Shown here: positions 1-12,207 of the stretch, one piece after another | Position numbering within the stretch: the first letter of the stretch is position 1 | Layout of the letters: every line of letters begins with the position of its first letter | NCBI GenBank assembly: GCA_013239625.1 | Contig: MU053379.1 | Coordinates: forward strand, 5,270,714-5,334,713 | Source: Lama guanicoe | Lineage: Eukaryota | Direction: 5' to 3' | Length of the DNA: 64,000 nt | Notes under the pieces: generated by a model | What the model saw: only the letters and a program-made list of their open reading frames with translations | The model's database searches: none | What the model was told of the DNA's origin: nothing | Made by a program: the position numbers and the translations under genes

Positions 1-214
1 GTTATTCGCCAGTATAGACCAGTTTGATTTGTAATAGTTTAAACCACCTCAGATGACGTGTAAACCACAGAAAAGGGACAGCACAGCATGGTGGTACCCA
101 CTATCCTGTCTTCGCTTTTTTTTTTTAATATACACTTAAGTCTTTCACATGGTTCATAAAACCGAGAGGCTGTTGACTCAGTCTTCTGTTTAACAGGCAG
201 TTTTATCTATCATT

Positions 215-342
215 ATTTTTTAGTTTTTATTATTTTGGGGGGGAAGGCAACTAGATTTATTCATTTATGTATTTAAGGGAGGTAGTGGGGATTGAACCCA
301 GGACTCCGAGCACGTGCTCTACCACTGAGCTATACCCTTCCC
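215..342 (-). mobile_element. tRNA-derived SINE (Vic-1-like), internally deleted
   Basis: Reverse complement has A box (TAGCTCAGTGG), B box (GGTTCAATCC) and an AT-rich tail. Confidence 0.85.
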
Positions 343-759
343 GCCTCATTATTTCTTTTTAAATTTTCTGCTTTAAAAAGCATTTTAAGTCCAATGAGGA
401 AAACCTGGAAGTCACCACAGCGGCCTCTGAGGAGCAGCTCCCCGTCGCTCGCAGCCGCCCCGCCCTGTGGACAGTGCCAGCGCAGGGCTCCGGGTCCACA
501 GGGCCCACAGTGGGGCCGTGGGCACCACTCGCCCCTCCAGGCCCTCCAGCTCCGCAGCTCTCGCCCGGACCCCCTCCTGTTCACAGCTTGGCCTACGGCT
601 CCGGGAGCAGAGGGAGCCGAGCGACCTTCTTCACTTCCATCCTGCGAGCGGCGCTCCCGGGAACCAGCACTAACCCCAGGGCAGGGCTTGTGGGACCGGT
701 GACTGAGGCACCGGCGGGAGGAAGGGACCTTCTGCAAAACTATTCACAGCAGGCAAAGC

Positions 760-1260
760 CGGCAACGCGCCTTCCGTCTCGGAGCGCGGGTCCCCGCTCC
801 TAACAGGTTTCCCAAGAGCGAACTCGTAACGCAGCGAACGGACGCCGGCAGGTCCCGGAGCTCCTGCGCCGTGGGAATCTCCTTCAGAGCGCGTCCCCTG
901 CAGGAACGACGCCAGCGGCCGCTCGCAGAGCCCGCCCGGCCGCGCCCCGCGCCCCGCGCCCGCCCGCCGGCCGCCGCGCAGGCCCTGGCACCAGGTCCGC
1001 ACTAGCCCACCCTCGGCGCCCGCTCACCTGGGGGCCGGGGCGCCTCCGGTTCCGCCCGCACGCGGACAGGACGAGATCGCCGGGCGGGCGCTCGCCTCCC
1101 GGCCGCGTCCCGCCGCCGCTCTTTGTGTCGGCGAGGGGCCGGGCGGGGACCCGGGGCCCGTGGGGCGCACGGGGCCGGTGGGGCCGCGTGGGAAGAGTGC
1201 GGGGTGGCTACTCGAGAGCCGACGGGGTCCCCGCAGACCGGGGTGGGTCTCGGGAAAAGT
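760..1260. promoter_or_regulatory. CpG-island promoter of a minus-strand gene that runs off the left edge
   Basis: CpG-dense; GC boxes such as GGGCGGGG at ~1141; donor site at 1028. Confidence 0.85.
1028..1125 (-). other. NINL: Putative non-coding first exon (NINL by synteny; 5' boundary approximate)
   Basis: Consensus donor CAG|GTGAGC at 1028/1027 inside the CpG island; NINL lies downstream of NANP on the same strand in human. No NINL coding sequence is in the window. Confidence 0.5.
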
Positions 1261-1856
1261 TTAGAGCCCCAGGGAGTGAACCCTGGGGCTGACCTCGCTG
1301 ATCTGTGTGAGTGATGCTCCCTTCACAGGTCTTGGCCTGGCATCCTCCTCCGGTAACAACCCCGGGAGGTTGGTCAGGCCATACCCCAATTCGCAGTTGA
1401 GACACTTTAGGTTATTGCCTTCCATCATGTATTCAATCAATAAATATTTACTGAGCACCTACTAATGCCAGGCATTGTCCTAGAGGCTGAGAACAGAGCA
1501 GTGACAATGAGCATAGGGAGTTGGCAAAAAAAAATCCCTGCCCCTGGGCGGGGAGAGTATAGCTAAACCAAATACCCCTGTACCTGAAGAAACTGTCTTT
1601 CCTACAATACTTACACCCACTGGGTCCTGGGCACCACTGTATCTAAGATGCTTGTGCATCTTAGATGGTACATACATGTATGAGATCAGAAACCGTCCAC
1701 CTCCGTCAGTATTCCAGGTACAGTGCACTCTAGGCCTTCCTCTGTACAGTGTTTGGGGGAGCCTGTGGACAACTGAGAATTTATGGCTTTCTGAGTATAC
1801 CACTATGAGGAATCTACAGATAAAAAACAGACAAAACATCATTGTTAAATCACTTT

Positions 1857-1862
1857 TTTAAT
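1857..1862 (-). terminator. Candidate distal polyA signal (ATTAAA) of NANP; a proximal AATAAA lies at 3375-3380
   Basis: TTTAAT on plus, followed on the minus strand by a GT/T-rich element (GTTTTGTCTGTTTTTT, ~1822-1837). Confidence 0.4.
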
Positions 1863-3812
1863 CTTAAGAAATATTACTCTAAAACAAAAACATCATTAAG
1901 AAAATAATAGGTCATTCCAAGATTTCTTAATATCTTCTGTAACATTCCACTCAGAAGGCAGAAAATCACAAAGTTCTTCCCTAAGGAAGGGTGCAAATGG
2001 AATGTAATACTGCATTACCACATTGTCTAGAATACAAACTGAAGACGAGGAAACTCAGTTATATCATTCCCCCCAGCTCACTTCTGCGGAAGAACGGCAG
2101 CTCGACATCCTGGGTGCTCTGGACGCGGCCCACAGCTGTGACCTTGGATCAGTGATCCCGGTGATCCTCCTCAGTCAGCATTAAGGATGCGCCGTGCTTA
2201 CACTTGTCCTGTGGCAGGCGTCCTCCGCATCACACTCCGATCCACCACAGAAATCACACACACAACTATTCTTCTGTCACGATCCTCCTACCTAACAATT
2301 TTAAACCAGCTAAGGTAGAACTGAGGTCACATAGGCACCGCGCCAGAAGAGCTACATGGGAACCACTCCCTGTTCACAAACATCCAGCTTCAGAGTGACA
2401 GCACCCTGGACAGGCAAGGGCACAGTCACATTTTAAAAAATGAAGAGTGAGAAGTCAACAGGCATAAGCACCAGTGGCAGAGAATCCTGCTCTTGGCAGG
2501 ATGCTTGAAGGAGCCACGGCTGTATGTATCCTAGCAATCTAACATTTTACACTGGTAGTTCCTTACACAAAAGTAAAAAAAAAAAAAAACCCACATAATT
2601 TTTTTCCTTAATTAACAGTTTTACTCCAAGTTTGGCTGGTAAAATCATGAGACTTGCTAGCCTAATGGTCTTGAGAAAATTTTCTAGTTGCAAGATGCCT
2701 CACTATGGAGTCATTAATTAGTAGGCTCAAAGCAAACCCTGAATTGGATGAATTTGTGAAACAATGATGTATTTCCCCAAATTCGAAAAACAGGAGATTG
2801 AAGGCGGATGTTAACACCAAACAAAGCCCAGGAGGTGTTAAAATGGCACCCTGGAACTGGTTCGCAGCAAAACCTAGTTTTCTACTAGTTCTCATCACGT
2901 GGTTGAGCTCTTCAGTCAGCAGACGACGGGTAGGGCAGCAGGATTAGCAGCACCAAACAATTCCCCTCCGATGTAGCCACAGAAGGGAAAAGACTTCTGG
3001 TGCCAAGTGCTGGCTCTCATCCTTAGCAAAGCAGGCCAGTCCCTCAATCCCACTGCATGCCTGGGAGAGACAGCAACAGTAGTTCCATGAGAGGCAAAGA
3101 CTAACAGGAACCTCAAAGCTCACTCAGGAAAGACGTGAAAGTATCATGGAAAAGGAGCACCATGCTGCTGATTTTAACAGCTTTTTTACTGGAGGAATTT
3201 GTTGGTCATGTCTACAGCATAGGAAATTACCCCCCTGCAAAGGAAATGCAGAAAAATTAGATTCATAGGAGGGGTATACATTCAGAGTAGGGAAAAATAT
3301 GGTGCATGTTATAAAAACAGAAAATATGAAAATCATTTCACTATGAAACGTCTGGATTTGCATGTGACTTGGTATTTATTTCATATTAACCAGATCCAAC
3401 TGCTCTAATAAATCTCTATCATATATGTTTTAGAATACCTATTTTTTAAAAAAATACATTTTCAAGCCAAAACATAAAATCTGTATTTGTGTGTCCATGT
3501 ATAAGTTATCCTCCCTGGTATCTTCCTGGATCCAAGATGCTAAGAGATTAATAAAATAATTTTTTAAAAAATCTCAAGCCACAGATTAACAAACAGACTT
3601 CCTCAAGTTTTTTGGATGACACCACTAAAAGTAACTTGTATTAATGCACTCTGAATTTTCAGGTATAAATACCAGTCAATGGTTGGCTGGCCATTAAATG
3701 ACAAGTATAATTATTCCAGAACTGGGTCATAGTATATAGAATGCCTTAACTTTTCTTAGGTGAAGCTCTGTAATTTGACCCTAAAATTCCTAAGCACGCC
3801 CCTTTCTGTGCT

Positions 3813-4469
3813 CTAAGCTGACACACTGACTCTGCAGTCTATACTCTGTAAGAGAGCAGGTAATTCCAGCACAGAAGAAACTATATAATGCGGCATGGGG
3901 GATGACTTCAATGGCACTGTTCCATTTCTGTTTATCCAGACCGTTGCTTTCAGCCCGGCATTGAGGCCTCCTTGAATATCGGTTTCTAGGGTGTCCCCAA
4001 CCATCACGCAGTCCCCAGGCTGGACTCCCAGAAGATCACACGAGTAATAAAATATGGAAGGGGCTGGTTTCTCCTCTTCCTGTTCTCCACCTACAACAAT
4101 AGCATCGAAATAGGACTGACAGGCACAAGCCTCGATCTTCTCCCTCTGTGTCTGTCTTTCTCCATTTGTTAATAAAAGCAGGCGGACTTCCTTCCGAAGT
4201 TCAGTGAGCATGGCTTTGACATCTTCCGCTAGTGTCATATGCTGTAAACGTGTAGATTTCCACAGGAAATAACATTCTTCGGCCAATTTCCTATTGGCTG
4301 CACCACCTTTTGTTTCCTGGATCGCTTCCTCCCAGTGTGAAGTCCTTAGGTCAGTAATGCAAGTATTGGAAGGATGGAAACACTCCTTGCTGAGTTTAAC
4401 CTGAACTTTGTCACAGATGATTTCGGCCTCTTCTTTGTACTGGTATTTTGATTGTAAGAGCTTTATCAC
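3813..4469 (-). CDS. NANP: N-acylneuraminate-9-phosphatase, coding exon 2 (218 codons + stop; spliced total 248 aa)
   Basis: Acceptor TTTAG|GTG at 4470/4469; open frame with HAD motifs LLTNG, KPAP and MVGDTLETDIQGG; TAG at 3813-3815. Confidence 0.97.
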   Translation of the reverse strand: MIKLLQSKYQYKEEAEIICDKVQVKLSKECFHPSNTCITDLRTSHWEEAIQETKGGAANRKLAEECYFLWKSTRLQHMTLAEDVKAMLTELRKEVRLLLLTNGERQTQREKIEACACQSYFDAIVVGGEQEEEKPAPSIFYYSCDLLGVQPGDCVMVGDTLETDIQGGLNAGLKATVWINRNGTVPLKSSPMPHYIVSSVLELPALLQSIDCRVSVSA

Positions 4470-4647
4470 CTAAATAAGGGAAAATAACTCCATCAGCATA
4501 CTCCATGTCTTTAACACTCATGCCCTGAGAAGCTGTGAGGCTACAAACCCAGAGCAGAGACAGATTTTAACTCCACTCCTCTGTCTTAAAGAAGCTCTAT
4601 TACCATACCATTTCTGGTGGGAATTCGTCTTAATTTTCCCCCAATTC

Positions 4648-4787
4648 TTTGTTTGTTTTTTGGGGGGAAGGTAATTAGGTTTGTGTATGTATGTAGGTAC
4701 GTATGTATTTATTAATGGAGGCATTGGGGTTTGAACCCAGGATCTTGTGCCTGCTAAGCTCGCTCTACCAAGGAGCGACATCCTCCC
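4648..4787 (-). mobile_element. tRNA-derived SINE (Vic-1-like)
   Basis: Degenerate A/B boxes and the same tail structure as the other copies. Confidence 0.8.
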
Positions 4788-4964
4788 ACTAAACTGGTCT
4801 TATTTTTAAAGACTACCAGAGTGAAGATCTCTCAGCCTCTCTAGTCTTTGTCTTAAGTCTACTGTCTTTCATTCTGGTCATGAACATATAAAAATAAAAC
4901 GACTTATATTTAGTAAAACATTCAAACTTTCTTTTTTTTTTCTAAAGGTTCCACCCTTCTCCTC

Positions 4965-5106
4965 TTTTTATTTATTTTTAAAATTTATTTTGGGAGGAGG
5001 TAAGTAGCTTTTTTAAATTTATTTTTTAATGCAGGTACTGACGATTGAACCCACGACCTTGTGCGTACTAAGCACACACTCTACCACTGAGCTACACCCT
5101 TTCCCC
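4965..5106 (-). mobile_element. tRNA-derived SINE (Vic-1-like)
   Basis: GTAGCTCAGTGGTAGAG...GGGTTCAATC on minus strand. Confidence 0.85.
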
Positions 5107-6189
5107 TTTTAAAATGTTTAACAACTAATACTTAGACGCTTCCCAGAAATACCACTAGTTCACCTAACCTTTCCTCTCCTTATGTTTTGGAGGCCTAAGT
5201 TAACACCATACAAAAGGGGACCCAACGCTATACTTGTAAAAACATGTGTATGTACCTCTAATGGAATCAAGCATGTTCAGTGATTTCAGCAGTTTAATGC
5301 CAGTGCTTCTCCCAAACTTAGCTTTCGAGAGTAAAAAACCTCAAGTAGTTCTGAGTCCCTCTCTTGGCCACACGGGCTCTGGACCCCTTATCACAGCCCC
5401 TTTTGTGCTCGCACAGCTCCTTCCTGGTTGTTTGTTAGCAGGTTCTTATCCCCTTGGCCTGTCTCCTAGCATTTACCAAGACCCTAACTTGGCAGCAGGA
5501 TGCCCAAGGCTCAAATACATTGTTTCTGATCTTGTCTACACTCTGCAAGGGAGATCCCTTTTTGAGATGAGGGACTGGAAGGTCAGGACTGTTAATAACT
5601 GGCCCCAGCTGAGGTTTAACCACATACTTGCCTACCTCCAAGGCCGTACGCTTGCCTTTGCACTACTGGACCAGGCACTGGAGACTGGACATCATGACCC
5701 CATCTGGTGGGGAAAATCACCACCGCAAATGCTGGGCTGAGTGCCTTGACAGGCACACGAAAAACTGCGGAAATAAGGAGCAATCCTAGGGTCGTCGGGC
5801 ATGGAAGGCAGAGAAGGCATCTTTAAACCAAGGAGTTACCGAGCCTTGAAGGTGGAGATGGGAGGAGGTTTGAATCATTCCAGACATAACAACAGCACAA
5901 CGACATAACCTGGAATTTTGTGAACTGGGAAAGGCAGCTGAGTTCAGGCACAATAGAAGGCATGTGAAGGAGACGCTAAGAGGTGAGGCTGGAGAGGCTG
6001 CAGCGGATGCTGCCCCGATTCCCTGGCACGCGCTACCCTACACGTGCCCATGGCTTCATACCGCATGGACTTGGGCTTCTCTGCCTGAGAACTTCATCTG
6101 GCCAAGGGGCACCCATGCATATAGGCTGGAGCCAGAGTATAGCCCTAGAAGCAGGCCTCAACCAGTTAGAGGCAGAAACTGGTGTGCCT

Positions 6190-6420
6190 CCAGTCACAAA
6201 GAACAAACTTATGGTTACCAGGGGTAAAGGGAGTGGGAAGGGATAAACTGGGAGTTTGAAAATTGCATCTCTTGGGGAGTGATGGAAATGTTAGCTATCT
6301 TAATTGTGGTGGTGGTTTTGCGGGTGTACACATCTACCAAAATTCACCAAATTGTACATTTTAAATATGTGTAGTCTATTGTACAGGAATGATACCACAA
6401 TAAACATGTTAAAAAAATAC
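6190..6420 (+). mobile_element. L1 3'-UTR fragments
   Basis: AACAAACTTATGGTTACCAGGGG...GGGATAAACTGGGAGTTTG matches the L1 3' ends at 9580 and 44120; followed by an older L1-type end with AATAAA/A-rich tail. Confidence 0.7.
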
Positions 6421-8283
6421 TTCTTCCAAGCTTTCAGGATCAAATTTCGAAAAAAAAGAAAATGAAATGGACATGCCTCTTGGGAGGGTCACGCAAAGCA
6501 CAAAGCATGTCTGCGTGCTGACTCCCAGCGTCCCCCACTGTTCATACCGTTCCCTGCTCATTAATACAACCTGTCTGAGATTCCCTCCCTTCCCAGTCTT
6601 ACTCCGTCACTCCCCTTCCTGGGATCCTACCCTCCGGGAACTACCTGCACTTGAAGTCCCTGTCTTGGGGACATCTGGAGAAAGGCAACCATGCCAAGCA
6701 GATTTTGGATCTTTGCAGATGAGTGCAGTACACTTAACTGGGACTAAAAATTGTCTGTTGCTGAAGGAAAGCAGTGAAATAAGTTCAACTGTGTTGCCCT
6801 AAACTCTACAGGGAATAAATGAGCTGCTAGTCACGGCAGACACTCTATTCACCTCCTGAACAGAGGAACAGCTGAACAGACACATTCTTCCTTCAGAGTA
6901 TGAGAAGCACGTCACAGGTAAAAGGAACAGTTCTCAGGCTATGTGTGCTGCTCGTCAAATGTAAGAGTTAAAAAAGGTCCTGCTGGTCCGAGAAAAATGT
7001 ATCAGCCCTAGGAGTTCTAGACAAAGGTAAAACACTGACACTTGTTGCTTTTTAAAGTTAAATTTCAATGAACAAATTCAGCTTATTCCATCTTCATAGT
7101 GATGTCACCGTCTTTTCTAGCAATGTCAACTGAACTACTCTTGAGGTACGACTGCAGGTCACTCTAAAGTCCTTAGCAACACTACTGCCACACAATAAAA
7201 GGACACAGGCCTCTAGGACTCCACAGGACTCTTGCTGAAACAGGGCCTGGCTCAGTTAGTTAGTAAATGAGACTCCCAACAGAGATCCCACTGCCTGTAC
7301 ACCGCAACTGGTGATTCGTTAAGCACATTCTTGGGGCTCTGAAAGAGCAGATTGGCTCACCTCAAAGGGGAGACTCTTTGTATAGGCATGGCATATTGCC
7401 CACCCCAAGTTTCAAACCTGTTTCCCAACTTTGCCGTTTTGTCACACAGCGACTAGTTACATATTCTTTTAGAATAACAAGCAGCATTTTAGTATCAGTG
7501 ACATCTTTGGTGGGGGGAGCATTGTGTATCAGTCATTCACATATTACTATTAGTTCAAACAGAACTAAAGCCTAAGGTGCAAGAGTATACATGACAGTGA
7601 GAACTCCCCAACGTCTGCACTGGGAGAACGGGGTTGTATCTGAACTGGGGCTGGAGGAAAAAGATCTCGAAGTTAGAGGTATGATGACATTTTCTACTTC
7701 AAAACTCTACTTAAGGGTAGAAACACAAAAAAAGGAAACTCTTCTACCTCTGGCTCTCTGGACCCAGAATTAAAGTTAATCCTATCAGTACTAATGCTTA
7801 GCTGTGATTTAAGAAGACTTTTTGACGGCTAGTGTGGGAACCATGTAACATTTTATAGCATATGATTATGATATGAAGTGGCTGAATTCCAAATGACACT
7901 AATTTAAAAAGACATGCTCACAAAGCATGACGGCTGCATACAGACTAACAATTCAAGTGACGTTTGTTATTTTTAGTTCAAGTCTTTATTTAAAAATCAT
8001 CTACTCAGTGAGGCCTGATCTGACCAACCTATTTTAAAATTTTAATTTTCTCCCCTCCATTTTTTCTAATACACTTATAACTATAAGCACGTTTATTATG
8101 TTCACTGTCATCCCCACTAGATAGTAAACTCAAAAACACAGAAATCTTTTTTGCTTTTCTGTAAAAGGCTTCCTAATTTTCTATAGAAGGCTTCCTCTTG
8201 AGTAGTGACATTGAAAGACAGACCTGAAGAGGGTAGAAAGAAATAACTTTCCCAGATGATCAAAAAAAAAAAAAAGTTAGAAC

Positions 8284-9848
8284 TGCCAAAGCATTACTGA
8301 AGAAAAAAGAATGAAGCTGGAGGAATAACCCCCCTAGACTTCAGACAATACTACAGAGCTACAGTCATCCATGGTATTGGTACAAAAACAGGCACATGGA
8401 TCAGTGGAACAGAATAGAGCCCAGAAACAAACCCACAAACTTCTGGTCAATTAATCTTTGACAAAGGAGGCAAGAACATAATACAATGGAATAAAGACAG
8501 TCTCTTCAGCAAACAGTGTTGGGAAAACTGGACAGCTGCATGTAAATCAATGAAGTTAGAATACTCCCTCACACCATACACAAAAATAAACTCAAAATGG
8601 CTTAAAGACTTAACCATAAGACAAGACACAATAAACCTCCTAGAAGAAAACATAGACAAAACATTATCTCACATACATCTCAGCAATGCTGTCCTAGGGT
8701 AGTCTACTCAAGCAATAGAAATAGGAGCAAAAATAAACAAATGGGACCTAATTAAACTTACAAGCTTTTGCACAGCAAAGGAAACCATAAGCAAAACAAC
8801 TACCTATGGAATAGAAGAAAATATTTGCAAAAGATGAGACTGACAAGGGCTTGATCTCCAAAATATATAAACAGCTCATATGACTTAATTAGAAAAAAAA
8901 AACAAACAACCCAATCCAAAAATGGGCAGAAGGCATAAACAAGCAATTCTCCAATGAAGACATACAAACGGCCAACGGGCACATGAAAAATGTTCAATGT
9001 CGCTAACTATCAGAGAAAAAGCAAATGAAAACTACAATGAGGTATCACCTCACACCAGTCAGAATGGCCATCATTCAAAAGTCCACAAATGACAAATGCT
9101 GGAGAGGGTGTGGAGAAAAGGGAACCTTCCTACACTGTTGGTGGAAAACAGTACAGAGATTCCTCAAAAGACTAAAAATAGACTTATCATTTGATCCAGC
9201 AATCCCACTCCTGGGCATATATCCAGAGGAACCTTAATTCAAAAAGACACCTGTGCCCCAATGATCATAGCAGCACTATTTACAATAGCCAAGACATGGA
9301 AATGAACTAAATGTCCCTCAACAGCTGACTGGATAAAGAAGTTGTGGTATATTTACATAATGGAATACTACTCAGCCATAAAAACAACAACATAACATCA
9401 TTTGCAGCAACATGGATGTCCCTGGAGAATGTCATTCTACGTGAAGTAAGCCAAAAGAGAAAGGAAAATACTATATGAGATTTCTCATATGTGGAATCTA
9501 AAAAAACAAAAAAAGAAAAGAAAAGAAAAGAAAAAGTAATGAACATAAATACAAAACAGGAATAGACTCATAGACATAGAATACAAACTTCTGGTTGCCA
9601 GGGGGGAGGGAGGTGGGAAGGGACAGACTGGGAGTTTGAAATTTGTAGATACTGACAGGTATATATAGAATAGATAAACAAGATTATACTGTACAGCACA
9701 GGGAAATATATACAAGATGTCTAGCTCACAGTGAAAAAGAATGCAACAATGTATATGTGTATGTTCATGTATGACTGAAAAATTGTGCCCTACACTGGAA
9801 TTTGACACATTGTAAACCAACTATAACCCAATAAAATAAAAATTTTTT
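8284..9848 (+). mobile_element. 5'-truncated L1 (ORF2 C-terminus + 3' UTR), antisense in the NANP intron, with a 13-bp target-site duplication
   Basis: ORF2 motifs ([23 protein letters not shown]); AAAAAGTTAGAAC at 8271-8283 and 9849-9861. Confidence 0.93.
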
Positions 9849-11629
9849 AAAAAGTTAGAACGGATATAAACAATCTGTATGACTCCTCCCCAAGCCGCAG
9901 GCAATGGCTGGACCTTTCCCCCTTCCTGCTTCATAAATCATTCAGATTTAGGAAAGCTGACATGTTACTTTTGAACAGGCCAACATTTATGGGTGTTGTG
10001 TTCTTATGTGATAAAGTGATCCTCGTATAGTTAATTCTGCACATTTCATAGGATATTCATAAAGGAAATGGTAACAGAACCAAGTCTGGAGAAATGGAGA
10101 ACCATCCACCCAGCATTCATTCAACATTTACCATGTTTCAAACATGATGAATAAGACAATTTTTCCCTCTTAAGAGTTTTTCCCTCACTATTTAGTTGTA
10201 GGCATCCCAGTTGCAAAAAATAACTGCAACATCCTTTGACAAGTGCATTAAAAGATATCTGAACAAAATACAGAGCTGGTATAAGGGAGGGTGTAAAGAC
10301 CAGGGAGGAATACCATCTGATTTTTGTTTTGGAAATTTCACTGTGGTAGGAATGTAGAGGAAAAACTGGATGTGATAAGCCTGGAATCAAGGCAGCAACA
10401 GTCTCAATGACAGACACGCCCAGTTTTAACTAAGACAAGGTCAGGGTTAGGGGCAGACTGGGTGATAAGGCGGATGGCAGCACAAATCTGAAACACTGGA
10501 TACTATGTACTTCCCACACATTATATTAAACCTAGTTGACAGGGTTACTGAGGACTAATATCACAATTCAAATTTTATAATGAAGATTTGAGACTTTGAT
10601 GGTTAACTTGTTCAGGTGCTTTGAGCTAGGTAATGAGAGCTGTGATTCAAACTAAAACGTCTGATTTTAATGCCTAAACTCTTGGTCTATATCAAGAATT
10701 CGACTAAAACAAGCATTTAATCACAAAACACTGGATGCGGCCTGCCAAGTACATGTAGGTAAACGTGTACTGTCTGCAGTTAGAGATACTGGAGGCAAGA
10801 CAGCACAGGGTGACGCCCCTGGGGTCAGCACCAAAGGCATGGGGATGGAAGGGATGGTCAACAGTGTTTAATGCTTCAGTGAAGCCAGTCAGACAGACTA
10901 ACGTCCAGTGATTCTGGCAATTTGGTAAGTGCCTAAGGACGGTGAGTCTACTTCGTTCCAGAGGCAAAAACAAAAGATACATTGTAAAGGATTTGTGAAT
11001 AAGCAGGAAGTAGAAACATGGAGACAATGGGTACAGATTTGTCTTCAAACACATGGCTGTCAAGAGAGGTAAAATCTTGTAGCAGAAGGGGCCAAGGGGG
11101 GCGTTCTTTTTAAAGTACTGGACACGTCTGAACGCGCAGCAGGGGCGGAATGCACCAAGGAAGGGTGAAGACGCTGAGGGTTAGGGAGATAAAAACCTCA
11201 GGGTTGGAAGGATTAGTTGCTGAGAGTGGGTTTTTCCGATCTGATAACCCTCAGTTTTCTCCTTGAAGCTGAAGGCAGAGGAAAGAAAGCAGGGCTGGCT
11301 TAGCGGCTCGAAGAGCACAGGAAGGTCTGAAAGAGCACCAGTGGGCGCAGAGGAGAGGCCGCTGCTGAGCAAGCCCCGCGAAGCGCGGACCGGAGCTGAG
11401 CGTCCCCTCAGCAACCTCCAGAGGGCCACGCCCCCGGCAGGGACAGCGGGGGGCTTCCCGCGGAGGAAACTCGAGTCGCCAGAAGAAAGGCCTGCCTCCC
11501 GGGTCCAGCGAAGACCACCCTCCCACGGTCAGTCCCGGCAGAACGCCAGGCCTCGCGGAGCGGCCGCCCTCCGTGCGCGGGGGCGACTCTGCCCTCGTGG
11601 CAGCTCAGCGACATCCTTCCGGCCGCCCG

Positions 11630-12020
11630 AGCGCCGGGCGCGCCGTCAGCCCCCGCCCCCGCTCCGCCCGCGCGGGGGGAGCCAGGGCCTCCGGGACGGG
11701 AGCCCCCACCCCAGGGGGAACCAGGGCCTCCGGGACAGGAGCCCCCACCCCGGGGGGGAACCAGGGCCTCCGGGACGGGAGCCCCCACCCCGGGGGGAGA
11801 CAGGGCCTCCGGGACGGGAGCCCCCACCCCGGGGGGAGCCAGGGCCTCCGAAAGCGCCGGGCGCGCCGTCAGCCCCCGCCCCCACTCCGCCCGCGCGGGG
11901 GGAACCAGGGCCTCCGGGACGGGAGCCCCCACCCCGGGGGGAGCCAGGGCCTCCGGGACGAGAGCCCCCACCCCGGGGGGAACCAGGGCCTCCGGGACCA
12001 AGGGCCTTCGGGAACCAGGA
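11630..12020. repeat. GC-rich minisatellite, ~39-bp unit, ~8 copies with a higher-order duplication, in the NANP intron
   Basis: CCAGGGCCTCCGGGACGGGAGCCCCCACCCCGGGGGGAA-like units at ~11682, 11721, 11761, 11800, 11839, 11905, 11944, 11983; leader AGCGCCGGGCGCGCCGTCAGCCCCCGCCCCC at 11630 and 11853. Confidence 0.93.
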
Positions 12021-12117
12021 GCCCCGGCGCCAAGCAAGCCAACAGGGCAGTGGGCCGGGGCCTGAGGGGTCGAGGGCGCCTGGTACGCCGGAGGGGGCGC
12101 GGGAGCCGGGACGTTAC

Positions 12118-12207
12118 CTCCAACATGCCCTTCCGACTCGCCCCGGCCGTGTCGATGAGCGTGTTGTCCAGGTCGAAGAAGACCGCCCGCACCCGGCTCA
12201 GCCCCAT
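12118..12207 (-). CDS. NANP: N-acylneuraminate-9-phosphatase, coding exon 1 (30 codons)
   Basis: GGCATGG start at 12207; MGLSRVRAVFFDLDNTLIDTAGASRKGMLE contains HAD motif I (DLDNT); phase-0 donor GAG|GTAACG at 12118/12117. Confidence 0.97.

Noticed and set aside
11630..12020. Repeat array as a possible CRISPR
   Set aside because: Tandem units without unique spacers, in mammalian DNA
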